A DNA stretch of 64,000 bases from Asterionella formosa (lineage: Eukaryota). Both the position numbers and the translations under genes were made by a program. This document shows, one piece after another, positions 25,765 to 37,600 of this stretch (the first letter of the stretch is position 1; every line of letters starts with the position of its first letter). The stretch is taken from the NCBI GenBank assembly GCA_002256025.1, contig NKIB01013024.1, positions 1 through 64,000 on the forward strand. The letters are read 5' to 3'. Under the pieces are notes generated by a model. The model was not told the origin of the DNA and did no database searches. It was given only the letters and a program-made list of their open reading frames with translations.

Positions 25765-25892
25765 TACCTGGTACCTGGTACGTGAAGTGACATCAGGGTA
25801 TGGTATGAAGTATCTAACTAGAAGTTGTAGTATTTGTTGAATATATGAGCTTATTTGTTAATTCTTGCTTGTGTGCATCTCGATCTCCTACT

Positions 25893-26153
25893 AAGGTGAC
25901 ACTAAAGTACTATTCAAAAAGGTGTTAGTCGAGTTCCCTCCTGAAGCAAAACGTTTTGATATGCATATCTATGTAAACCTAAGCAACCTTATAGGTATAT
26001 ATGTAATTGAGCGAGATCGGTCAAGGTGACACTAAAGTACTATTCAAAAAGGTGTTAGTCGAGTTCCCTCCTGAAAACGTTTTGATATGCATATCTATGT
26101 AAACTTAAGCAACCTTATAGGTATATCTGTAATTGAGCGAGATCGGTCAAGGT
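25893..26153. repeat. Tandem duplication (130/126 bp) bounded by AAGGT
   Basis: AAGGTGACACTAAAGTAC...GAGATCGGTC at 25893 and 26023. Confidence 0.95.
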
Positions 26154-26169
26154 AGAGGGTTCGAATGAT

Positions 26170-26306
26170 TACCGTAGATTCGGAGTACCAAATACTTTAT
26201 GTTGTGTTACTTTTTCTGTACCCATAAAATCTTTGGGAGTGTTTTGCCAGATGTACAAAGGGGGTACAAGACTATGGGTGGATAAGAGGCACCGGGTTTT
26301 ACGGTA
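26170..26306. mobile_element. Possible small TA-flanked MITE
   Basis: TACCGTAGA at the left and TTTACGGTA at the right; the inverted match is short and imperfect. Confidence 0.3.
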
Positions 26307-26939
26307 TTAAAAAACAGCGAGTTCTGTGCACAATAAACATAAGGAATTTTCCACATAGCAAGGAAGTATGGAGTTACCTATACCTCCCAGGGCAAAGTTA
26401 TTGGAGCGAATTTTTCATCGAAAATTAAAGATGTACTATTTCTAGTATTTCGCACGTATATCTAGCCTAACGTAGCTAGACAAGGTCATCATTCAATAAT
26501 GAATGTTTTTGCACTAGCTAATTTTGAAAACCAAAATTGAAATTGCACTAGAATTTGTTTTCGTTGTCGTTTGCTCAGTTTTTGAGGATATGAACACATT
26601 AACAAAACATCATTCAGTCTGCTGTGACTAGCTTAATAACTACTATTAGATAATTATTTATATCTTTTCCAATAGACGTGAAAAGTTTGAGCAATAGAAA
26701 TCTTGGAGCGGGTGCAACATCTCAAAATGCAAGAAAATACCTCAATATATAATTTTGTACTGAGTTTCATGTACACACTAATTGTCGTGGTTCATATATC
26801 TATGGAATCTTGACTAGGTTATTTTGCATTTAAATGTTACAGGTCTCCATTGTACAGTATCTGGTACCATGGTGGACAATCCAAGAAAATATTGAATAGG
26901 TTCTTGATCCTACCTGACATCAATTACAGCGCCTTCCAA

Positions 26940-27365
26940 CCTTGATGGATGGCAACATGGCAACAATTCCACCAGATAAATTAGAGACTTGTTCCATACC
27001 AGCTAGTTTCATTCGTTATTTCACTTCCTCCTGATCTGAAAATTTCCTAATACTTTCAACCAAATATTGATATGATGCTCAATAATTGGTGACTAACTCC
27101 CCCAAGACAGGAGTGATATCATAGACTCGTTGAAATATTGGTGAAGGCAGTTTTGAAAACTCCAAGCACAAATACCGTCCTCCTGGTTTCAAGACACAAT
27201 GTGCTTCTCGTAATGCCAGGTCCCGCATCTGTCACATTGCGCAACCCAAAGGTAATTGTATATACGTCGAAATTGTTGTCTGGGAACTTCAAATCTTGTG
27301 CATTTCCTTCAACAAACTTGAGCGCTTGACTTGCATTTCCAAGCAAAGATGGTGCAAACATTTCT
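26940..27365 (-). pseudogene. COQ5: COQ5/UbiE C-methyltransferase 3' fragment
   Basis: [43 protein letters not shown] and SYQYLVESIRKFSDQEE motifs, with frameshift, stops and a small deletion. Confidence 0.85.
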
Positions 27366-27464
27366 CACGCCCGATAAAAGCCCCATGGTGAAGGAAGATG
27401 TCTTTACACATATGCGAATGATGGATTCATAGAATTGGATCGTGCTGCAAGTTGAATCGAGTGC

Positions 27465-27650
27465 GGACCAGCCGTTTCATTGGGAGTAACGCCTACCAGG
27501 AGGATGCCCCGGGTAACCACCAGTAGGGTCCATCGATGTGTGGAGTGTAGAAAACATTGTCCGAGTTGATTTCCTTTTTGGATCCAATCGCTGTAATGTA
27601 AATTCCATTCATTCCCTGAATAGCAGCGTCGTCTTCCAAGTTCTTTAACA
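27465..27650 (-). pseudogene. Fragment of an HxD-motif algal protein (SD.VFY..HIDGP family)
   Basis: MNGIYITAIGSKKEINSDNVFYTPHIDGPYWWLPGAS then LVGVTPN after a frameshift. Resembles a domain recalled from algal proteins annotated as phospholipid methyltransferases (unverified). Confidence 0.45.
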
Positions 27651-28890
27651 TTGGCGGATGCTCCTGGTTGGATTGTGCAGCCAAATGTGCGTCGTTTCCT
27701 TTGATTCCGGAACATTCGTTTGCATCCAAGTGCGACATTTGTTCATCTAGGGTCTTCTCCGAGGACACTTGCATGACTACATTTCGGTTGCGAGTGACAA
27801 GGTTTGGCAAGAAGCAATAACGGATGAGGACCGAGTCAGTGACGAATGGCAAGAGCCAAATGGAGTGGAGAATGATTGGCTCCAATGTACGATCCCAAGA
27901 ACACGAGATTTGAGATAAAAATAAAGCATATAAATGTTTTGAACATATCCCTCAATATATTGATAAAATCTGGGCCAGCTCCCGCTATTCTTTATTACCA
28001 GTAGCTACTGTATTTGAAAATGAAATACTGGGGTAGTTCGTGGTAAACTTTTTTACGTAGCAAGAGCAAAAATTTGAGGCACAGAGAGAGCAATAAAGCA
28101 ATTCCTCTGAGCAATGAGCAAATGCTGTGAGCGAAGGCCGAGCAAAAATTTCGTGAAGTGAGCAAATCGGAGGGTTTATCAAGGAGTAAACGCCAAATCA
28201 CTAAATAAGTGCATTAATAATTTGAATTTATACTTTTTAGGAATAATGATAGGAAGCCAGCCGACTCCCATGGTCAATTGTAGTTTCAAAGCCCTGCAGA
28301 CGGGCTGAAACCAAAAAAGCGCGCAGATGACGCAACTATCGCACCTGCCTTCCAGACGGGAAGGGAAGGAGTACGACATAACCTTTTACCAAGCTATTAC
28401 ATATCGGTAACTGGTAGCCGGCAGTCATGCTCTATCTCCTCGTGTACATAATTATGTACCAGGGTACCAGAACCACGAATTGTTTGCTAGTCCTGTGAAC
28501 GTGGATGGGACACAAGTTTCAGTGGTGCCTTGAATTGAAAAAGTTTCTACAATGAGAGCAAGAATGAGTATTCTGTTACTGGTATTAGTCGTTGCACAAA
28601 AATGAGACTACCTGTAATAAGTGCATGCTGTACAATACATAGGTCACTCTTTTTAAGCTTCTCATTAGGTTCACCTATCGAGGCTTCTCATTTTGAGGTT
28701 CACCTGTTGCAGTTCACCTCTGGTTTAACAAGCTATTTCTATATTCTCATAATTTTCTGTTTGATGATATATAGGATACGTATACAGGCAGTCAGAAAGT
28801 GATGCATTCATCCATAAACATAATAATTGCTGGTCATTCCTCTCCTTCTCATACAGTTGATGAAGTCAAAACAATTTAAAACATATTTCC

Positions 28891-30078
28891 ATGTTCACTA
28901 ACAGTCAATACATGACGTCTACGGACAAGGAAGATTGGAAATCCTTGTTCAATGATTTAGTTATTTATCCGTTTTCGTGCTTGGCTCCAACAAATGGTGA
29001 ATACTTGCAGTCTCCATCTACAGACCAAGAAGGTTGGAATGCCTCGTTCAAGGATTTGAATCTTTATCCATTCGCTTGCCTGGCTCCTACATTTCCTACT
29101 CCTCAACTAAACAATCCATGTCAGCCAATGAAAATAACGAAACTGCTAATGTCGTGGTTAAAATCTGCAAGGCGACAAGGACCCAGGAGTGAGAGGATGC
29201 CACTAGCACCATCAAGGAAGGATGAAACTGAGGCAGAAACGTCAACAGATGATGGATGTGGCACTTTGTTTCATGATTTACTGTCACCATTCAATTTTAT
29301 GGCTTCCAAAGCATCACCTCAGGTGAATGAACAAACACAGTATAGGTCGCAAGTGGTGTCCAAGCAATTTGATACTCCAGCAGTGTTGTCAGTGAATGAG
29401 GTTCCCGTGCCTCAACGGCCTCGTTTGAAGCAGATTTTGTTTAAAAGGCGCTTTTTTAGTTTTTCGTTGTCAAGAAGAAATTCGAAGGAGTCCATCCATC
29501 CAGAATCAGACCAGTCATTAAGAACTTGCTCTGTCAATGATAGGACAACACAGCTAGAATTGTCTGGAGAACCATCTAATCCAAATACGCAAGCAGTGCC
29601 CAGAGCAGCATCATACAACACCAGTCACATTAAAGTGAATTTCGATGTAGCAAGTACACATGAGAAGGCCAGCAATGAACCACAAGATCTTCTGATGGAG
29701 CAGAACTCAAACACCTTTGCAACTGATAATAAGACACAATCACAAGAGGCAGGCAATAACATCATTTATGGTTGTATGTCCCTAGGAGATATAGGCGACA
29801 ATGATGTACACAGTAAGGTACAGTTTCAATGCTGTCATCTGATGGATGATGACAAGGCAACAACAGGGAAACCAACAAACAATAGCAATGCCATCCTGCA
29901 ACATGAACCCATAATGTTGGATAGCAAGGAAGCCCAAGGCCTTGGATTGGATGGGCAGCAACTTCTTCAATTGCCATCCTCCCCATTCGGCATAACGAAA
30001 ACAAAATGCCAGCCCTATAACCGAGCAATTCAAAAACTTTTGTCATTTCGGAAAAAAAGAAGCTGGAAATCACTGTGA
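28891..30078 (+). CDS. Hypothetical disordered protein, family member 1 (395 aa; may lack an upstream exon)
   Basis: Uninterrupted ORF with three WxSLFxDLxxxPF-like motifs and a C-terminal PYNRAIQKLLSFRKKR shared with the other three members. Confidence 0.75.
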   Translation: MFTNSQYMTSTDKEDWKSLFNDLVIYPFSCLAPTNGEYLQSPSTDQEGWNASFKDLNLYPFACLAPTFPTPQLNNPCQPMKITKLLMSWLKSARRQGPRSERMPLAPSRKDETEAETSTDDGCGTLFHDLLSPFNFMASKASPQVNEQTQYRSQVVSKQFDTPAVLSVNEVPVPQRPRLKQILFKRRFFSFSLSRRNSKESIHPESDQSLRTCSVNDRTTQLELSGEPSNPNTQAVPRAASYNTSHIKVNFDVASTHEKASNEPQDLLMEQNSNTFATDNKTQSQEAGNNIIYGCMSLGDIGDNDVHSKVQFQCCHLMDDDKATTGKPTNNSNAILQHEPIMLDSKEAQGLGLDGQQLLQLPSSPFGITKTKCQPYNRAIQKLLSFRKKRSWKSL

Positions 30079-30533
30079 ACAATGAGGACATCTTGAAAAT
30101 TATATGGTCCATACATTTATCTCTTCCCTTTACACAATGATACTTCCAATGTGCTGCTGACAAGAATACATCCTACTTAATGAGGAATTCTAGATAGGAA
30201 GAAGTAGAACTGGCCATGACTATTTAAAACTTGTCTCATCATGTCGACAACATTGTCACTGTAATCTACGAGCACTAAAGAAGGTAGAGGTCTAGCTACT
30301 GAGCAAAACGAAATCATTGTTGCAGCCCAAAGTAAGCATAGAACAATAGGAAGGGTTTTCAGCAAATAGAATGTTTTAGAAGACTGAAACACATCCATTG
30401 CGTCCATGAAAGAAAAACAAGAAGTCAAAGGCAAAGTGACCTCTCACCATAATGGCCCCTGATTACAATTTAAACTTCTGAGCTTTTTAAGATCAAAAAC
30501 TGCAGAAGTATTTTTGTATTATTGCCAGTACTA

Positions 30534-31150
30534 CACAGAAAATGAAAATACCCTGTATTCACAATTTTTTGTACATTTTCAACCAGTTTTCATCCTCCAA
30601 ATCCAGGCATACGTTGTATTGGGCCTCACAACGTTTTCTAATACAAAGAATTGATTATTCTTTTTTTTCAACAATGCAAGGTGATATACCATTCTGAAAC
30701 AAGACACACCTCCTTGTATTGGCAAAAGATAAGTTTGTCAAGTCCAATACAAGGTGAAAACAACTCTGGGTATCACTCCAGTTCAAGGAGTTCCTTTATT
30801 TGTTGTGAGAAAATCACCCAATCCAACATAATCCCTGTATTGGACTTTGTTTTTGTCCCAATACAAAGTGGTGACTTGTTGCATATTAAGGTTCACCCCT
30901 GTATTGGGTTTTGGTTGTACTTCATCACTTCCCAAGCAATACAAGGTCATAAATTCCAATCGAAGGTGATAAGTTCCAATATAAGGTAACAATATTTTTG
31001 CAAGTCAAGGTTGCCCCTTTAATGGGTTTTGGCGGTACTATATCGCATCCCAATACTAGGGCATAAGTTCCAATACAAGTGACAATATTCTGCAATTCAA
31101 TATTGACCCTGTATTGGTCTATAGTGCTGACAAAGTGTTCATACAATATC
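30534..31150. repeat. Array of CCAATACAAG/CCTTGTATTGG motifs in both orientations, probably a DNA-transposon subterminal region
   Basis: More than ten degenerate motif copies; the array begins at TA-CACAGAAAATG, like a CAC-type TIR. Confidence 0.6.
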
Positions 31151-31350
31151 ATAGTAATGTAAATTGATTAAATAAAACTGTCATTTTTGGTGTTTCATAT
31201 GATGATCATACAGTAAGCAATGTCTACTTTCAAATTTTTTATTGTGTCTGGCTAGCATATGATATCTTGTCGCTCAAATTATTCTGTACTGCTGAGTGTA
31301 TATAGCATATATACCAGTACATCACTGAGTCTTGACATTATTTATTGACA

Positions 31351-31727
31351 TCAGGCAAACGGCTCGGTTGTTTGAGCATGTTGCCTTTGATATGAAGCTT
31401 TGCGTTTCGATTCCCATAATTTTTTGAGAAGCAATTATTGGGTTCATTGACTCCCACACTCCTCCTCACCATCCTGTGCGGTCTTGACTGGTGTGCAAGG
31501 AAAAGTGGAATGCCCCCCGCCCTACAAGCAGTGTGGCGCCTATCTAAGCGGTCGAAGTTCCCCTAATGCTGTGGCTAAGACAATCACCTTTCGCGAAAGA
31601 TGGTTGGGGACTCACCCACTCTAGCTAGCAAAACTAGGAACGCACACAGACTTGTTGGCAGGCCGTGCTATGAAATTCCATGTGTCACTCAATAGTCTTA
31701 GAAAGGACGTTATAAGTGAGTTTCAAT
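31351..31727 (+). mobile_element. tRNA-derived SINE family 2 (377 bp)
   Basis: Perfect 13-bp flanking direct repeat TTATTTATTGACA (31338-31350 and 31728-31740). A-box-like CGGCTCGGTTG, B-box-like GTTTCGATTCC, GC-richer body, tail ...TTTCAAT. Confidence 0.7.
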
Positions 31728-31799
31728 TTATTTATTGACAATACAAAAGTAATACCTCCAAGCAAGCAAGTTATTTCCAATCCTTTACAATTATGAACG

Positions 31800-33620
31800 G
31801 AAAACATTTTCTCACTAGCTAATTCACTCATCTCCAGATGAACAGAGAATGCTCACAATCATAGGTAAGTTGCCATGATGTCTAAGGATTGAATCTTTTT
31901 TACGCCATAGCATGTAGGGATTCCTGCCACTTGCTTGCCTGTGCATTATTTCTCACCTATCATCATGATTCTGATCATTTCATGAATGCTTCAGAGATTC
32001 AATTCTCCTTTCGATGCAATTAAAGAAAGAGATCATTGAATTGTTGAGTGATTGGAAGCAAAGTAAAAAGTCAGCTCCGGTTGTTTCATGCAAAATGATG
32101 TAAGTAGTCAAATTGATGAAGGTATTTTTGTTGTATTGTTTGCATACTTGCCATTTCTCAACCGTGCTCTTGCTTCTGTCCTTGAATTGTTTCAATGTCA
32201 ACATCATTCTCAGCTCTCTAATTCGCATTCTTGACTAGTAAATGATTGGTGAATTGCGATGATGGCAATGCCTGGGCTAGATTTCCAACAGAAAAAGGCT
32301 GTCACAGGAATAGTAGCAATTGAAGACAAATCACATTTATGGTAATAGCAAGAAACAAAAAAACCAATAGGGTTTTACATCAAGTCACAATATTCCTCTG
32401 GAAACTCATCAACTCCATCTAGCTTTGCAGCAGAAGTAAAGATAACATTCTTGGGACTCGCACTCCCTTTGTGAGTCTCAGGGCCATGAATAGTAGACCA
32501 ATGCCCTTCTCCTCCATGGCATTTGTTGCAACAATTCCACTGAAGACCATTCTGGTCATAGAAAACTTTCCATCAGTAGGAGGAACATTTGGTTAAAAAG
32601 ATTTACCAGTTTAGTAATGGTTGCCTTATCAGGCCAGTTGGGAAGACGATGACCAAGTTTGATGCACTTGCAACAAGTAGTGTTAGAAGCACTTGTAAGT
32701 AGTTTTAGAAAGGTCCTGGCCAGCCCCACTAGGATTGGTCCCAAAATCTTTCCAGAAGGCTTTAAGTTCATCAGCAAGTGCTTTTAAAGCATTAGAAAAA
32801 GTGGTAGCCTGGCTGGAATGCATCTGGTAGGGAATCTGACTGTTTCTTGGAAACAGATTGGGAAGGTGACCATCATCCTCCATTGTCCATGACACGTTTG
32901 CACTGTGTGAGTGCCATACTATCAAGAGGAAACATTTGTTTTGACTCCACTTGCTGTAGCCTGAAATTTGACAAGTGCAGCATTATCTTTACCAATGTGA
33001 CACTGTTCTTCAGTATCGTTCTTGACAGAGATTGTATAGAATACAGCACAAAATTCCTCAACTTGACAGAGAAGGAGCTTGGTAGCAACAATGATGCTGG
33101 AGGCCATGATAGGAAAACACTGTCCACTCCTAAGTAGCTTTAAAAAAAGATTGTTGGACATCTTGGACCATGAGGCAGACATTTTCGCCAGGATAAACAG
33201 AAATCTTTTTAAAAGTTTTCCAAGATGCCATCCATTGCTGCCTGTATCAGATCAAAGAGGCGGTGGGAGCTTTTATCCAATGCCTGATAATCAAAGTTAT
33301 GATTTTTTGCCTTGGCAAGTGAATCAGCAGTGGGATTTCCAGTCTTGGTTGTCAATGCCTGGTTTGAATGTCTCAAGATGATCTGGTCATACACCAAATT
33401 TTTCCAAAACTGTAAGGGGCAAAGAGGAAAATGTCTACACTGCCACCAGTCTTTGTATCATTGTCAATGAGAGTGCAGAGCTGAGCAAGAAAGAGATTGT
33501 TGATAGTAGGGTCACCATTGAGACCATTGTAAAACTGTTCAATGCAGTCTTGATGTCCCTGGAATCATCTGAGCTGATCTGGTATGGAGACTGCATTGGT
33601 TTCAGAAATCGTAGATTAAC
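31800..33620 (-). pseudogene. LTR-retrotransposon gag/protease-like relic
   Basis: Heavily broken frames with YPGENV and CNKCHGGEGHWSTIHGPETH (Cys/His knuckle-like); CpG-poor. Confidence 0.4.
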
Positions 33621-34668
33621 CTGAAAGGGCGGGGTTCGACTTCTTTCTAAAAAGTACTGTATACTTCATTGTCCTGAACCCCCCCCCCATGGTTGCTGGA
33701 CCCCCCTGTACATTAATTCTTGAGGTGTAACCAAACACCCAATGATTTTCAATGAAGCTTGTTGCCATCATTCTTTTGGTCCTCAGTGGCACTAGTATTT
33801 TAATATTAAGCTATCATGGTGCGATTCTTCATCATGATGTTGTTGCAACCTTGACCATGACGAAAATACAAATTATCTCCACGAAAAATTGAGAACGAAA
33901 CTTTGCTACTTGCTACCTGCATTCAGAATGACATGGAAAAAACAATGGTAAAAGAAGTAAAGTAATAACACTAATAATGACAGCAAAAATTGAGATTGCC
34001 AATAATATTGTGATAAATATAATCTCTGCAACATAGGTGCTAGGCAGTGGATCGAAAGAGTATGGTGAATTTAGGAGCCTGTGGGTAGATTCGACTCCAT
34101 TGGTATATCCACATAAAGTGAGCTTATAGAATTACTTTTAGCAAACCAAACCAATGAACTAACGTATGAGTAAAGAATGATTCATGTTCATGACTAGACT
34201 AAAAGGATCATGACTGAACTGATTTTGGAGATACAATTAAGATTCATTCGATTTGTCGGTTTCAACTGCCTGCCCCCCATTATTCTGTCATAAACATTTA
34301 CATGAATGGGTTAGATACTATGTTGTAGTGATTTAGCCACTTTGTATTTTGGGAGAAATAATATAACATTAGACATTTGAAGGAGGAAATGAATGCTTGG
34401 CTATGAAATACAAATGCTGTGAGAAAATTTCCCTTAAATAAATTAATCTTCTACTTAACTACGTAAAACTCTTTAACTTGCACAATCCAGAGCGAAGAAA
34501 TGGCATCAGTCAACCTTACTGTATTGAAACGTACTTACAACATCAAAAGTTTGGCATCGGAAAAAATTTGATGGTTTACAAACTGCGAATCACAGCCATG
34601 ACCTAATAGAGTAATACGACGATGCCCGATACATATGGGTTTTTTTGGTTTTCAAACATTTTTGCTGG

Positions 34669-37600
34669 TTAAAAAACATGGCTTTGCCTATCAGCAAACC
34701 CATCCCTCTTTCGGAATGACTTCAATGCCAGAAAAGCGCGGATATTTCGAGGCTCGCTCTTCTGAAGTCGGCAAGGGGTAGACTCAGACTGGGAGGAGGA
34801 TGTAGTTTCACTAGATTGTGACACAGAACCGACGTCATCTCCATTAATCCCTTTGTCGATGGGTTGATTTGGCATGGCATTGTCATTTCTTCTCGATGAT
34901 GGTCCAACTGCTGTGCACAAATCGTCAGCAAAGAAATTGACCATCTTGTCCACAGCACTGTGGCAGGGATTTAGGAAGAAGAGGTCCTCAATATCTTCGT
35001 TGCAATTGTATCTGAGACGACTGTCTCGATCTGGTGATGAGGAAATAGGAGGCTCTGGTGGTGTTGACATCACTACCATGTTGGAGATTGGAATAGGATT
35101 AGGATTGTCTAACCTCATCGAATTGCGCCTGAGAGACCTTCCAAAGAAGCCACGATTGGAGAGCCCATTCATGTTCGAAGTACTTCTCGCCATGCTCTTT
35201 GGCTGCTTCACAGCACTTGACATTGCGGCTTTCACAATCTTCTTTCGAAATGACTTGAACTCACGAAAGGTTCGGTTGCGAGGTTCACTCTTCTTTTTAC
35301 TTTCGAAAGCACCAATTGGGTACTCTGATCCTTTCTGTTCTGGCTCTTTGCCCGATGTCTTGGTGGCAATCACTGTTTGCGCAATGACCACCCACGGCAA
35401 ATTATCATTGCTGATGTTTCCTTGCTGCGATTGCTGATAGACAATTTCAACATCATTGGAGTCGCTTGGAGTTTCATTTTCAGCTGCTGGCTCAGGACTG
35501 GTTGCTTTTGCCGCTTCCGACGAACAAGCAGCTATTTGCTTCGCAATGGGAATATTGGCATTGCCCGGGGTAATGGCTTGCTGTTGATTTGAGATTCCGT
35601 TCGAGTTTACATTCGCATTTTGAACGCTGAGGACGTCCCTTTTCAGCGATTTTTGTTTCTGCGTAATATTAGCTGAACGCGAAGGTCTAAAATTCTTTCC
35701 TCCCTGTTTCGCCTTTGTCTTGAATAACATTCTCCGCACCTTTTGTGACCACGTACGTGGACGTTTCCGTTGTTTGATTGATCGACACTTCTTGACCTTT
35801 TGAGGAACCACAGGGTAAGAGCAATCGAATTGTGATGCCAGGTCAATTAGAACTGAATTAAACTCATTCCACATGTAACCTGAACTGGTTTTCGTGTTTG
35901 ATCGCAAAACCTTTGTCTTCCTCGTAGTATCGTCCACTTCAGTTACATCACAGAGTGAGGGAACAATGGACTGGAAAGGGTAGATAAGGTCACTGAACAA
36001 GGAATCCCAAGCTAACCGATCTTGGTCCCGCGACAAATAATGTGCTAAGCTTGGCCTTTCCTTGGGACTATTTCTCCACCACGACACTCCTTGCAATGAG
36101 GTTTTACTGGTGTCGAATGTCCCCGATGAAGCATCTGAGACGGATTCGTCAGATTGTAAAGTCTTTTCTACCCATGGCGATTTGGGGTTTACAACGGAGA
36201 TTTTGGAGGCTCGCGAATCTGCAATTACGAAACTTGTGTCACACCCGTCTAGTGCCATATCGTTGCGGCTATCATATTCAGCAGCATTCAATTTGCCCAT
36301 TACATTTTGCAAAGCCCCAATCACGTGTTCCCTTGAGACTCGCTTTCCCTGGTTGGTAGCTCTCTCAAGCTCACTCTGCATTTGTTGCAATGTGGCTTGC
36401 ACATCATTCACAACATCCCCGGCGAGTGAGTTTTGCTCTGTTTGTTCCATTCTCGACACAGTGCGATCCAAGGACGAGGATCGAATGTTCCCGAAAAAGT
36501 TCTTTTTCCTTGCAACTTTGGATGGAAGGCGTGAGAGAGACTGGCTTCGTGAAATTCCTTGTTGCAAGTGACTCATCGTAGACGAACAAGCAAGAGGCAA
36601 ATCTGATGATAACACATGTGCCTTTGAATGGAGTAGAGACGCATCAAAAGGTCCGCTTGTATTTGACATTCTCGTAGGTTTTGTTGGAATACCATCAACG
36701 CTGTTATTATTAGAAGTAGTCGTTGTCGTCAGCTCCGGATCCACTTCAGGGAGAGCGATAGTTTCACCTGTGGAAGCGATGCCGTCCATCTTGGTAGATG
36801 TCAAACGCTCGCCTTGCAAACCACTTCGTAACCATCGACGACGTCCAATCGAATTGGATCTTCGCCCTTTGGGGGTGCTACCCACGTCAAGCTCAGCTGA
36901 TGGATCTGTCCATGGCTCAGGTACCAAACTTGTCTCAACAATCATTGGTGACTCTGTGATCAAGATTTCCTCGGATACACTCGTAGGATGCACTACCCTT
37001 CCCAAACTAGTAGTACACTTAGCAGTGACAGCATGACTGTTTGTCAAAGGAAGTGAGGCCACGGTTCGGTTCTCAGCTTCAATTGAGGAATCTGATTTCG
37101 TACCAAAGCTTGTTTCGGCAATCATTGACGACTCTGTGACCATTCCCACTTTCTTACAATTTTCAGCAATGTTATCAGCATAACTGCCCTTTGAAGGTAG
37201 TGAAGCCATAACACGATACTCAGTGTCCATTGAGGAATCTGCATTGTTGCCAAAGCTTGTCTTGGCAAGAATTGATGACTCAGTGACCGAGATATCCTCT
37301 CTTACACTCGTGCATTGCATTACCCTTCCAACAATCTTGGCAATTTGAGCAGAACTGCTCGTCGAAGGACGTGATGCCACATTACCGGTACTATTCTCAG
37401 CTGTCTCGGAGGAATCTGAATTCTTCTTCAAGATTGACAGCATATCTGATTCCACGATAACTTCCTTCGTTGCAGTTGGAGTTTGCAGGAGTGAACGCGA
37501 AAGGTCGACATATTGCGTGTTCTTGTTGAACCAGCACCTTCGGCCAATCCTTAAGTTGGACCTTCCTTGTTCAGGCTCGTTTTCCATCTCATATTCAGTT

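Noticed and set aside
27465..27650. TET/JBP dioxygenase linked to the Plavaka-like element
   Set aside because: Only a short HxD fragment is present, without the downstream TET/JBP His and Arg motifs, and it is not adjacent to the Plavaka modules.
34030..34110. Possible third tRNA-like head (GATTCGACTCC)
   Set aside because: There is no convincing A box, stems, TSD or second copy.
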